In this document: positions 45,411 to 54,708 of the stretch, piece after piece
How the letters are laid out: each line of letters opens with the position of its first letter
Position numbering within the stretch: position 1 is the stretch's first letter
DNA from: an uncultured Gemmataceae bacterium
GTDB lineage: Bacteria; Planctomycetota; Planctomycetia; Gemmatales; Gemmataceae
Length of the DNA: 64,000 nt
Direction: 5' to 3'
Assembly: GCA_963750165.1 (NCBI GenBank)
Contig: CAVVPN010000004.1
Location: 288,001-352,000 of the forward strand
Made by a program: the position numbers and the translations under genes
The notes under the pieces: model-generated
The model's input: the letters and a program-made list of their open reading frames with translations, nothing else
Database searches by the model: none
What the model was told of the DNA's origin: nothing

Positions 45411-46130
45411 ATGAGGCACTGGATCGTTTTGGTGCTTGCAATTTGCTGGTTTGGTCCGCTAACTCGCATTGACGCTGGCTTCATTGACATAAGAGGCGGT
45501 AACACCACGGCAGCTTCCTGGGGACCGGGTGCGGCAGCCTACGGCCAGACTTTCACTGTGGCTGATGGCGATTCGTTGCTCCTCGACTACTCATTCAGCA
45601 TCAGCAGCCAGAACTCCACGTTCCCGTTCGTTAGCCAGGTTTATGGCTGGAATGGACACAGTATCGTCGGGAACGCGCTATACACGAGTGATGTAATGTT
45701 GAGCCCGCCGCCGACAAATACCTTCACCCAGTACACGTTTTCTCCATCGATCGCTGTTACCCCCGGGCAGCAATACATCGCCATTGTCACCAACTACGTT
45801 GACGGTGTGTCCCTAGGTGACCCTGCGGACGGGTCAATCGGCGGCGCAATGTTGCTCAACTCCAACAATCCGTACACTGGTGGCAATTTCACATTTGCAT
45901 CAGGGTCGGATATTCTTGGAGACTTGCGTTGGTCACCTGTCCTCGCCAATGAGGATGCAGTTTTTCACGCCGATTTTGGTTCGGCGGATGTAGTGACAGT
46001 CCCTGAACCAGCCAATTTCGTTCTTGCTTGTGCCGGAGGGGCGTGCTTTCTGTTCGGCATGTTCCGCAGACGGACTACCGGACGTAAATCGGACAAATCC
46101 AGGGCCATTCTGCCTGCCGAAAAGTTGTGA
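45411..46130 (+). CDS. PEP-CTERM sorting domain protein (lower GC)
   Basis: Signal peptide, VPEP, TM helix and RRR. Visibly more AT-rich than its neighbours. Confidence 0.85.
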   Translation: MRHWIVLVLAICWFGPLTRIDAGFIDIRGGNTTAASWGPGAAAYGQTFTVADGDSLLLDYSFSISSQNSTFPFVSQVYGWNGHSIVGNALYTSDVMLSPPPTNTFTQYTFSPSIAVTPGQQYIAIVTNYVDGVSLGDPADGSIGGAMLLNSNNPYTGGNFTFASGSDILGDLRWSPVLANEDAVFHADFGSADVVTVPEPANFVLACAGGACFLFGMFRRRTTGRKSDKSRAILPAEKL

Positions 46131-46227
46131 CTTCTTGTCGTCGTGAACCTTGATACGTTGGCCTTGTCCTTTTAGAAAGTGGGCAGCGAAACACAGCTGG
46201 TGTTCGTGGTGAATTGGAGTTCTGGTG

Positions 46228-46671
46228 ATGACTTACACTTGCAAGGCGGAACCGGGGCACATCAATTTTTCACCGACCGGATTCCGTCTGGTCGCGCAGG
46301 ATATTATCCTCTGCTTTGAATCATTTAAACCCCAAGTGTTCTCAATCCTCCCCTTCTTTCTGTGCTGCCGCGCTATCGAGCTTGGGCTCAAGGCGCTGCA
46401 CCTCGAAACTCGGTCGCAGAAGGAGGTTAAGGTTGACTTCGGCCATGATCTGAAGGCATTATATGACGCTTTACCCCCTGAAATGCGCACCCTTACTCCG
46501 TGCGAGGTTGAGTTACTGGAGAAGGCGAACACCCCGTATAAAGAAAAGGCCTTTGAATACATCCATCCCTTCGATGCAGGAATGGGATTCAGCCGGTTTC
46601 CCCCAATTCAGGATCTTGCTCTGTTAGCAAAGTGTGTCGTTGCTTTGACCGCGAAAGCGCAAATGCATTGA
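46228..46671 (+). CDS. HEPN-like hypothetical protein (lower GC)
   Basis: Helical protein with FLCCRAIELGLKA and GHDLKALY motifs, as in HEPN-superfamily ExxxK…HDL proteins. Confidence 0.55.
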   Translation: MTYTCKAEPGHINFSPTGFRLVAQDIILCFESFKPQVFSILPFFLCCRAIELGLKALHLETRSQKEVKVDFGHDLKALYDALPPEMRTLTPCEVELLEKANTPYKEKAFEYIHPFDAGMGFSRFPPIQDLALLAKCVVALTAKAQMH

Positions 46672-46693
46672 ACAGCTTCAGAGAGGGGGGAAA

Positions 46694-46946
46694 GAGGGGG
46701 AAAAGGGTCCGGTTAGGTTTTCCTTGCAACTCCGGGCAGTCCCAGCGGCGATCCCGGGTGGAAGATCGGCCGGCAAGGTGCCAAATCTAAACGTGCAAAA
46801 AACTTGGCACTCTAGGCACCCTTGGCACCCTTGCTCTGACAGGCGGTGACCGCCGTTGCCCCTGCGTGCCACCCCCTGCGCCGCGCCGGCGCTTGCGACC
46901 GACCGTGCCCGACTCCGCCCCGGCGGCTTTTCTTGCAGGTGTGCCC
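46694..46946 (+). repeat. ~255-bp direct repeat, copy 1
   Basis: Colinear with 48733-48996 from gagggggaaa…ggttaggttttccttgcaac to cggcggcttttcttgcag…gtgccc. Confidence 0.92.
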
Positions 46947-47021
46947 CCTACGAAATAATGGGGGTGCAAGCCGATTCCCTCGGGGGAGGGCCGCCCGCTC
47001 TGCTGCGATGGCTGGTTCGGC

Positions 47022-47222
47022 TCAAGCGCTCTGCTTGCGGGCTAGCAGGGCACGGACTTCCGGAACCAAATCCGTCGGGACCGCCATCATCGTGACGCCT
47101 TCAGCCTGTTGGGCCGCCTCGATCTCGGCAAATTGCTCGTCTTCGGACTGGCGGTCGTAGTGGGCGATGACCTCACGGACACGCGCCTCATCCCAGCCAG
47201 GGGGAAACTTCTGCTCACTCAT
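47022..47222 (-). CDS. Small acidic protein, putative antitoxin
   Basis: MSEQKFPPGWDEARVREVIAHY…VPTDLVPEVRALL, directly downstream of a BrnT/DUF4258-like gene. Confidence 0.7.
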   Translation of the reverse strand: MSEQKFPPGWDEARVREVIAHYDRQSEDEQFAEIEAAQQAEGVTMMAVPTDLVPEVRALLARKQSA

Positions 47223-47227
47223 CCTGG

Positions 47228-47503
47228 TCACCTCCGTCGCCGCCGCCGAAACGCCTTCTTCGCTTTGCCGCGCAATTCATACGCGGTGATAACGAAGATG
47301 CTGTCGGGTTCGGCATCAGGAACGTAGATCACCTGCAGGTAGCGGCCTGCAAGCGTCTGCCCCAGTTTCATGCGCGAGTCACGGGCCGCCGGGAAATCGT
47401 CCCCAGGCGCGCGCATGACTTCGCGAACCTCGTCCTCCGTGACACCATGTCCGTAGATGTGCGGTTCGCCGCTTTCCGGGTCGTTATAAAAGCGGATTTC
47501 CAT
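47228..47503 (-). CDS. BrnT/DUF4258-like putative toxin
   Basis: HIYGHGVTEDEVREV…GQTLAGRYLQVIY…FVITAYEL with a basic tail (91 aa). Confidence 0.75.
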   Translation of the reverse strand: MEIRFYNDPESGEPHIYGHGVTEDEVREVMRAPGDDFPAARDSRMKLGQTLAGRYLQVIYVPDAEPDSIFVITAYELRGKAKKAFRRRRRR

Positions 47504-47657
47504 ACACCCACTCCTTGGCCTCTTGCCCTCTTTCCCGTCATTGTACACGAACCGACGGGTCCAGAGCGAGGGTTTCCAGACACCGTGCTTGCCCAGGATA
47601 CCGGTGAATGACTCGGCGGGAGGGAAAGGGGTCAGGATAGAAGGGAAAGTAGAAGGG

Positions 47658-47709
47658 AAAGGGGTCTGGTTAACCCCCGCGCGCGCGCGGGGGTTAACCA
47701 GACCCCTTT
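47658..47709. repeat. Perfect 52-bp loopless palindrome
   Basis: aaaggggtctggttaaccccc gcgcgcgcgc gggggttaaccagaccccttt. All 26 pairs checked. Confidence 0.95.
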
Positions 47710-47739
47710 TCCGGTCCTTTTCCGCTCGGGGCAGGGGCG

Positions 47740-48066
47740 TCACTCGTCGTAACTGCGCCCGGGCATGAGTTCGATCGGGACGTAAATGACCACGCGGTGT
47801 GCCTCCTCGTCGATGACGTATGTGGCGCGCAGAAACGGCGTCTTGAAGACCCGGCTCTCGTACCGCTTGCCCTGCCACTCGACTTCACCCACCACCACCT
47901 CCCCGCGGTGGGGCTCCACGCGGAGGGTGTAGTAGATCAAATCCAGGGAGGGGCCGAAGTGGTCATCGGTGCGATACTGCAAGGATTCATCGAAGAGGAC
48001 GTCGAGGGCCGCTTCGACGAAGCGGGGCAGGTGGAGGGCGTAGGGCCGCTCAGGGTTTGGACTCAC
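47740..48066 (-). CDS. Hypothetical protein, possible RelE/ParE-fold toxin
   Basis: 108 aa with a YALHL…L.VEPHRGE…LRATYVIDEEAHRVVI pattern. Overlaps the upstream gene. Confidence 0.5.
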   Translation of the reverse strand: MSPNPERPYALHLPRFVEAALDVLFDESLQYRTDDHFGPSLDLIYYTLRVEPHRGEVVVGEVEWQGKRYESRVFKTPFLRATYVIDEEAHRVVIYVPIELMPGRSYDE

Positions 48067-48694
48067 GGCGGGCGCGCCTCTCCCTGTATTCGCGGATCTT
48101 ATCCCCCAGGTTGACCGGGCCGTGTTCTTCGATGTCCTGCAAGGCCTTGCCCAGGTTCTCGGGCGTGGACTTCTCCCGGGCCCACTTCAGGACCTCCTCC
48201 TGGACGTCAGCCTTTTCGGGGGAGGGGGGGGAGCAGATCACGATGGTGTGACCGCTCTCCAGCGTGGCCTTGATGGTCACGTTCCGGATCTTCAGGGTGG
48301 CCAGGGTGTCGATCAAAGCCTTGACGTGGTCGATGGAAATGTGCGTGAGCGTCAGCTTGGCGGTCGCGTTCGGGTCCGTGGCAAGTTCGGGGACGGGGGC
48401 GTCCGCCACTTCGCCCGACGAATGACCGACAAGGTAGCTTCTGAACCCAAGACGGTCGAGCTCCTGAGAGGCGCGCGACCCCGTCGATCCGGAACCGGGG
48501 AAGTACAGCAGGCGGCCGAGCGAGGGAGGTGCCGCGTAAATCGGGACACCTTCCAGTAGGTTGAAGTAGTTCCGGTAATACAGGTATGCCAGTTCAACAA
48601 AATCGTCCGGTGACCACACACCTCCATGGGCCAATTTGGCTTGTAGTCGGGCCAGTTCTTCTCGTTCTTTGCTCACGGCACATCTTCCCTTCAC
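48050..48694 (-). CDS. Hypothetical protein, possible cognate antitoxin
   Basis: 214-aa ORF with a charged helical C-terminus, overlapping the downstream ORF by 17 bp. Start uncertain. Confidence 0.55.
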   Translation of the reverse strand: MKGRCAVSKEREELARLQAKLAHGGVWSPDDFVELAYLYYRNYFNLLEGVPIYAAPPSLGRLLYFPGSGSTGSRASQELDRLGFRSYLVGHSSGEVADAPVPELATDPNATAKLTLTHISIDHVKALIDTLATLKIRNVTIKATLESGHTIVICSPPSPEKADVQEEVLKWAREKSTPENLGKALQDIEEHGPVNLGDKIREYRERRARRESKP

Positions 48695-48732
48695 TCGTCG
48701 ATCACGTACACGCAGTAGAGGGGAGGGACGTC

Positions 48733-48996
48733 GAGGGGGAAAGAGGTCAGGTTAGGTTTTCCTTGCAACTCCGGGCGGTCCCAGCGGCAATCCCGGGTGG
48801 AAGTTCGGCCGGCAAGGGTGCCAAATCTCGACGTGTAAAAAGTTTGGCATTCTTGGCTCCCTTGGCTCCCTTGCTCTGACAGGCGGTGACCGCCGTTGCC
48901 CCGGCGTGCCGCCCACCGCGCCGCGCCGGCGCTGGCGACAGACCGTGCCCGACCCGGCCCGGGCGCGACCCGGCGGCTTTTCTTGCAGATGTGCCC
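48733..48996 (+). repeat. ~255-bp direct repeat, copy 2
   Basis: Matches 46694-46946 with scattered substitutions and a ~10-bp insertion near 48961. Confidence 0.92.
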
Positions 48997-49233
48997 ACAG
49001 TGTTACTCCCACCAGCCCCGCGTGCCCAGCCTGGCATCGCCTCCGGCCAAGATGCTCGCGTCAGGGTGAACGTCGGCCGGGGCCGATGGACGCCACTCCC
49101 ATCGGCCCCGGCCGACGTTTGCCTGACGAAGCAGGAACCCGCCCCCAGCAGTACACCTGCCCGGCCGCCCCGGGTACAATCACCACTCGTCACCAAGGAA
49201 CGAATCCCGGACCATCCGCAAGGACCATCCACC

Positions 49234-50688
49234 ATGAAATGCCTGGGCCGAGTGAGTATCGCATTGGCCGGCGTGTTGCTGGCGGCGGCGCCGGCGCTGG
49301 CGCAGCCCGCGGCGCTGGACGCGAGCATCAAGAACCGCGCCGACGCCTCGTGGGAGCTGGCGAAAAAAATCTGGGCCTGGGCCGAGCCGGGCTATCAGGA
49401 GAAGCGCTCCGCGGCGCTACTGGCGGACACGCTGGAGCAGGCCGGCTTCAAGGTCGAGCGCGGCGTCGCCAAGATTCCGACGGCGTTTGTGGCGACGGTC
49501 GGCAGCGGCAAACCGGTGATCGGCATCATGGGCGAGTACGACGCGCTGCCGGGGCTGGCGCAGGACACGGTGCCGTATCGCAAGCCGCTGGCGGGCTCCG
49601 GCTACGGCCACGGTTGCGGCCATCATCTGTTCGGCGTCGCGGCGTTGTCGGCGGCGCTGGCGCTGGGCGAGCAGATAAAGGCGGGCAAGATCAAGGGCAC
49701 GCTCCGCTTCTACGGCTGCCCGGCGGAGGAGGGCGGCAGCGCCCGCGTGTTCATGGTGCGTGCCGGTCTGTTCAAGGACTGCGACGTGGTGCTGCACTGG
49801 CACCCCGGCAACCGCAACAGCGCCAGCGCCAAATCGAACCTGGCGCGCATCGCCGTCAAGTTCCGCTTCCACGGCACCAGCGCTCACGCCGCCGGTTCGC
49901 CGGAGAAGGGCCGCTCCGCCCTGGGCGCCGTCGAACTGACCAACCACGCGACGGCGCTGCTGCGCGAGCACACGCCCGACTTCACGCGCATCCATCACGT
50001 CATCAGCGACGGCGGCGGCGCCCCGAACGTGGTGCCGGACTTCGCCGAGGTCTTCTACTACGTCCGCCACCCGGACGCCCAGGTCTGCCGCAAGATTTAC
50101 GAGCGCCTGCTCAAGTGCGCCCAGGCCGGAGCGCTGGCGACGGAGACGAAGCTGGAGGTCGTGTATCTCGGCGGTACGGTGCAACTGCTGCCCAACGCGA
50201 CGCTGGCGGACCTGGCCCGCGGTCACCTGAAGCGACTGAACGACCTGGAGTACGACGCCGCGGAGAAGCAGTTCGCGCTGCGGATTCAGGAGACGCTGGC
50301 GGACAGGGTGCCGCTGGAGAGCGTCGGCACCGTCGATGCGAGCGCCGGCGTGGAAGGCAAGGGTTCGACCGACGTGAGCGACGTGAGCTGGGTGGTGCCG
50401 ACGGGCGGCTTCAACACGGCCTGCTGGGTGCCGGGGACGCCGGCGCACTCGTGGCAGGCGACCGCGGCGGGCGGCACCAGCATCGGCAAGAAGGGCATGC
50501 AACTGGCGGCGCGCGTGCTGGCGGCGATGGCGTGGGACCTGTTTCACGAGCCGAAGCTGATCGCCGCGGCGCGGGCGGAGTTCCGGCAGCGCCTGGCGGG
50601 GCGGACGCATGCGCCGCTGATCCTGCCCGGTCAGGAGCCGCCGCTGGACTACCGCAACCCGCCGACGCGCAAACTGCCGGCGAATTAA
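49234..50688 (+). CDS. M20 family amidohydrolase (AbgB-like)
   Basis: Signal peptide, EYDALPG, GHGCGHH, PAEEGG, HWHP and GSTDVSDVSW. Confidence 0.92.
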   Translation: MKCLGRVSIALAGVLLAAAPALAQPAALDASIKNRADASWELAKKIWAWAEPGYQEKRSAALLADTLEQAGFKVERGVAKIPTAFVATVGSGKPVIGIMGEYDALPGLAQDTVPYRKPLAGSGYGHGCGHHLFGVAALSAALALGEQIKAGKIKGTLRFYGCPAEEGGSARVFMVRAGLFKDCDVVLHWHPGNRNSASAKSNLARIAVKFRFHGTSAHAAGSPEKGRSALGAVELTNHATALLREHTPDFTRIHHVISDGGGAPNVVPDFAEVFYYVRHPDAQVCRKIYERLLKCAQAGALATETKLEVVYLGGTVQLLPNATLADLARGHLKRLNDLEYDAAEKQFALRIQETLADRVPLESVGTVDASAGVEGKGSTDVSDVSWVVPTGGFNTACWVPGTPAHSWQATAAGGTSIGKKGMQLAARVLAAMAWDLFHEPKLIAAARAEFRQRLAGRTHAPLILPGQEPPLDYRNPPTRKLPAN

Positions 50689-50983
50689 GCGTTCAGCAGT
50701 TTTGCCAGCAGGCCGCGCAGTTCGTCCTTACCGACGCCGCGGATCAGGAACTTCTTGTCCCGACTTTTGTCGCCACTCAGCAGCTCGACCTGCGAGCGCT
50801 TCAGCCCCAGCGCGTCGCGCAGCGCCTCGACCAGCGCCTTGTTGGCGCGGCCGTCCTCCGGCGGCGCGGTGACGGCGACCTTGAGCGCCCCGGCCTGCTC
50901 GCCCTGCACGCCGGCCTTGCGCGCCCCGGCTGCGCTCGCACCGGCAACACGCAGCCCTCCGCGTGGTCGCCGATCTCGATCAC
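50685..50983 (-). CDS. DUF167 (YggU) family protein (frameshift near 50925)
   Basis: VLPVRAQPG followed, in another frame, by LKVAVTAPPEDGRAN…SGDKSRDK. Confidence 0.88.
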
Positions 50984-52089
50984 GACTCGACCCCCGGTTG
51001 TGGATCGGCGGAGCGTCGCCGGCGCAGGCGACGGGCCAGCGGCGGCAGGACCAGCGCGGCCGCCACGGCGTAAACCGTCAGGTCGCGCGGCGCCGGCGCG
51101 GCGACGTACTCGAAGTTCGTCGGCCGCTTGACGGTGCTCTGGTCGGCGTCGCGGGAAAAATACACATCCGCCGGCGCCGCCTCGTAAGGCCAGTTGTCCT
51201 CGAATTCCGTCAGCCACCATTCCGCCGGCCCCGTGTTTTCCGGCAGTTTCAGCAGTTCCAGGATTTTCTGGCGGTCCGCCGCCTTGAGCCGGTTCGCCCA
51301 GGCGACCTTTTTTTTGCTCCAAAGCTCGCCCTTCACCTCGCCCTTGTAGCGGGCCTCGGCGATGAAGTAGATCCGCAGAAGCCGTTGTGTCGCGCCCAGC
51401 TCCGCGGCGGATTTTTTGGGGTCTGGCTCGCGGTATGGGAACAGCGGCCGCTCCGTGTGGAAGCTGATGCGCAGTGCCCCGGCGGCGACAGTCTTCTGAT
51501 CCTTCTCGTCCTTGCCCTTCGCCACCTTGAGGGCGGTGAATTTCCAACCCTGGTCCACGTAGGGCTTGGCCCAGGCCGCAACCTCCGGCGAATAGGCGTA
51601 GCCATTCTGCTTCAGCCAGGTGACGAGCACGTCAGCGGTGTCTGCCTCCAGCACGACCGCGTTGAAGCCGGCCACCAGCTTTTCCTGGAGCACGCGCACC
51701 TCTGGCGGCGCGGCCAGGCGCTCCGACGATGGCATGGTCGCGCCACAGCCGCAGCTGAAATTGGGGAGCCAAACCCGGCGCTCCACCTCCGGCGCGGTCA
51801 ACTTCGCCAGGTACGGGAAGGCGTCGTTACCGGACTCGTCCAGCGTCGGCTGCGACGGCGACGGCACAATGAAGCCGAAGTCGTCGGCCGCGCTCTTGAA
51901 GGACGCCTGGCGGATGAAGTGCTGCGTTTTCGTGGCCGCGTCCCAGATCAGGATGACGGTCTGGTCGGCGTTGACCACTGGCTGGTTGAACCGCGGCGCC
52001 GGGCAGCACGCCGGCGCCGGCAGCGACCCGAACGCCACCAGCAGGAACGCCCCTGCCGGGATCAGGACGAAAAGCGATCGCACCGTCAT
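50980..52089 (-). CDS. DUF2330-like secreted/membrane-anchored protein
   Basis: ACC after the signal peptide, DFGFIVPSP, WLKQNGY, PYVDQGWKFTALK and a C-terminal TM with RRR. Confidence 0.75.
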   Translation of the reverse strand: MTVRSLFVLIPAGAFLLVAFGSLPAPACCPAPRFNQPVVNADQTVILIWDAATKTQHFIRQASFKSAADDFGFIVPSPSQPTLDESGNDAFPYLAKLTAPEVERRVWLPNFSCGCGATMPSSERLAAPPEVRVLQEKLVAGFNAVVLEADTADVLVTWLKQNGYAYSPEVAAWAKPYVDQGWKFTALKVAKGKDEKDQKTVAAGALRISFHTERPLFPYREPDPKKSAAELGATQRLLRIYFIAEARYKGEVKGELWSKKKVAWANRLKAADRQKILELLKLPENTGPAEWWLTEFEDNWPYEAAPADVYFSRDADQSTVKRPTNFEYVAAPAPRDLTVYAVAAALVLPPLARRLRRRRSADPQPGVES

Positions 52090-52226
52090 GGACGAATCTC
52101 CTTGCACGAGTTTACGGGCTCAACGCAGGTCCGCCATTGTACGCGCGGCGGTCGCTCGCTGACGAGGGCAAGTTGTGCGTCGCGCCCGGCTTCCCCTACC
52201 ATGAACGGAGGAAAGGAGCAAGCCGC

Positions 52227-52874
52227 ATGCGTTATTCCGTGGTCGTGTGGGACTTCGACGGCACCCTCGCCGACACGCTGGCGCTGGCGGTGGCCACGTT
52301 CAACGGCCTGGCGGCGCGGCACGGCTTTCTGCCCATCGACGATCCCGCCGCCACCCGTGGCCTCGGTATGCGTGCCTTCCTGCGCCGGCACCGCGTGCCG
52401 CTGCTACGGGTGCCGCTGCTGATGCGCACCTACCTGAGCCAGGTCCGCGAGCAGATGGCCGCCGTGCGGCTGTTCGATGGCGTGCCGGAACTGCTCCGCG
52501 GTCTGCGGGCGGACGGCCTGCGGCTGGGCGTGCTGTCGTCGAACACGGCGGAGAACATCGGCGTCTGCCTGCGCGCGAACGGGGCCGATGACCTGTTCGA
52601 TTTCGTGGTCGGTTACCCACGGCTGTTCGGTAAGGCGCGGGCGCTGCGGCGACTGCTGCGCCGCGAGGCCGTCGAGCCGCGGCGCTTTCTGTACGTCGGC
52701 GACGAGGTGCGCGACGTGGAGGCGGCACACAAGGCTGGTGTGGACGCCGCCGCCGTCACCTGGGGTTTCAATGCGCCGGAACTGCTCGCCGCACTGCGAC
52801 CCACCTTCCTTTGGTCGCGGCCGGAACAGGCGCTCGCCGACCTGCGGGCCGACGATTCCCACCCGGCGTCTTGA
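52227..52874 (+). CDS. HAD family hydrolase (phosphoglycolate phosphatase-like)
   Basis: [22 protein letters not shown] and VTWGFN. Confidence 0.92.
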   Translation: MRYSVVVWDFDGTLADTLALAVATFNGLAARHGFLPIDDPAATRGLGMRAFLRRHRVPLLRVPLLMRTYLSQVREQMAAVRLFDGVPELLRGLRADGLRLGVLSSNTAENIGVCLRANGADDLFDFVVGYPRLFGKARALRRLLRREAVEPRRFLYVGDEVRDVEAAHKAGVDAAAVTWGFNAPELLAALRPTFLWSRPEQALADLRADDSHPAS

Positions 52875-52999
52875 CCCCGCTTGGCCCCTCGCTGGCGCTC
52901 GGGCTCGGCTCCACGCGGCAAATTCGTCTAGCCTTCAAGGTCGCCTTTGGGCTATCTTCGCGAGGCACGGACGGACCCTTGCCGAGAGGAGGCATTCTC

Positions 53000-54450
53000 A
53001 TGCCGACCCTGCTGGTCATCGACGACGAGCCCAACCTGCTCTACTCGCTGGAAAAGAGCCTGCGCTCCGAGACCCTCGAGGTGCTGACGGCGGCCACCGG
53101 CAAGCAGGGCCTCGACCTGGCGCGGCGGCACCGGCCCAACGCGGTCCTGCTCGATGTCCATCTGCCCGACCTGTCCGGCCTTGACGTGTTTGACCAGCTT
53201 CGCCAGATCGACCCACGACTGCCAGTCATCGTCGTCACCGCCTTCACCACCACCGAGACCGCCATTGAGGCCACCAAGCGCGGCGCCTTTGAATATCTGC
53301 TCAAGCCGGTCGATTTTCACCAGCTTCGCGCCGCCGTCAGCCGTGCCGTCGAGGTCAACCGTCTGGCGAGCGTGCCGGCCGTGTTCGACGATGCCGAGCC
53401 GCCCGCCGGCGACGTGGACCACATCGTCGGCAACTGCGCCGCCATGCAGGAGGTCTACAAGCTCATCGGCCGGCTGGCGCCGCAGGACGTGACCGTGCTG
53501 GTGCTCGGCGAGAGCGGCACCGGCAAGGAACTCGTCGCCCGGGCATGTACCAGCACAGCCGCCGTGCCCGTGGCCCGTTCGTGGCGATCAACTGCGCCGC
53601 CATCCCCGAGACGCTGCTGGAGAGCGAGCTGTTCGGCCACGAGCGCGGCGCCTTCACGGGCGCCGACCGCCAGCGCATCGGCAAGTTCGAGCAGGCCCAC
53701 CAGGGCACGATCTTCCTGGACGAGATCGGCGACATGTCGCCGGCCGCACAGGCGCGGATGCTGCGACTGCTGCAACAACGGCAGTTCCAGCGCGTCGGCG
53801 GCGATACGACCATTGAGGCGAACGTGCGCGTCATCGCCGCCACCAACCAGAACCTGGACGAGGCCGTGGCCGGTTGCCGCTTCCGCCAGGATTTGCTGTA
53901 CCGCCTCAACGGCTTCACCGTGCGACTGCCGCCGCTGCGCGAACGGCGCGGCGACATCCCGTGCCTGGTGGAGCACTTCATCCGTGTGTGCAACCGCGAG
54001 CTGGGCCGGCAGGTTCACGCCGCGTCGGCCGAGACGCTGGGGCTGCTGGAGGCACATGACTGGCCGGGCAACATCCGCGAGTTGCTGAGCACGATCCGCT
54101 ACGCCGTGGTGCAGGCGCCGGGCGAAATCCTGACGCCGGGGTGCCTGCCGGAGCAGTTCCGCGGCGGCCCGTCGCCGGCCCGCGCCGCGCAAGCCGCGCG
54201 CGAGGCGGCATTGAACCTGTCCGGCTTCGTGCTGGGGTTGATCCAGTCCGGGGCGCCCGACGTGTACCGCCGGGTGTGCCTGGAAGTCGATCGCGCCGTC
54301 ATGGACACGGTGCTGCGGCACACGCGCGGCAACCAACTCCAGGCGAGCGAACTGCTCGGCATCTCACGGACGACTCTGCGAGCCAAGCTGCGCGCCCTCG
54401 GCCTGGCGGTGGAGAAGCAGTTGCAGGCGGGTTCTGGTCAGGGTGGCTAG
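53000..54450 (+). CDS. Sigma-54-dependent response regulator (NtrC family), frameshift near 53543
   Basis: Receiver (IDDE, LLD, KP), [38 protein letters not shown] and a Fis-type HTH. Confidence 0.93.
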
Positions 54451-54610
54451 AATCTGGTCAAGCGCCCAGAACCGCAGGCCGGCGCCCGCCCCACGGCCCG
54501 CGCAGCCCGCGCGAAGGCCGCGGCCGCAGCGGCGGCGAAAAGCTCTGAATCGACAGCGATTTCGGGGCAAAAACAGACAATGTGTGGAGTTTGCTGGTCG
54601 CGGGGGACGG

Positions 54611-54626
54611 TGGTACGGCGTTTGCT
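54611..54626 (+). promoter_or_regulatory. Sigma-54 (-24/-12) promoter
   Basis: TGGTACG-GCGT-TTGCT, one mismatch to TGGCACG-N4-TTGCW, ~80 bp upstream of ATG 54709. Confidence 0.75.
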
Positions 54627-54708
54627 GTAGAAGGGAACGCCTTTCGCTCCGCACCCCGCATGGAGGCGGAAGCATCGCGCCCGTTCAAGGACGGAGGGAT
54701 TCAGACCC

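Noticed and set aside
43886..45508. 1041-aa 'giant sulfatase' N-terminal extension
   Set aside because: The extension is the antisense of the monooxygenase. The real start with RBS and signal peptide is at 43885.
46712..46718. GTTAGGT (GTTRRRY) near the start of both long repeats, suggesting attC/attI
   Set aside because: No upstream RYYYAAC or L-box hairpin could be found. The upstream sequence is a plain purine tract.
46804..46833. Short CTTGGC tandem units as a CRISPR array
   Set aside because: 9-nt period with no unique spacers and no cas genes.
48747..48900. Similar peptide (KxAKxAK…FTRRD.APLP) in minus-strand translations of the repeat copies
   Set aside because: The frame is not preserved in copy 1 and there is no consistent start, so it is better explained as a non-coding repeat.
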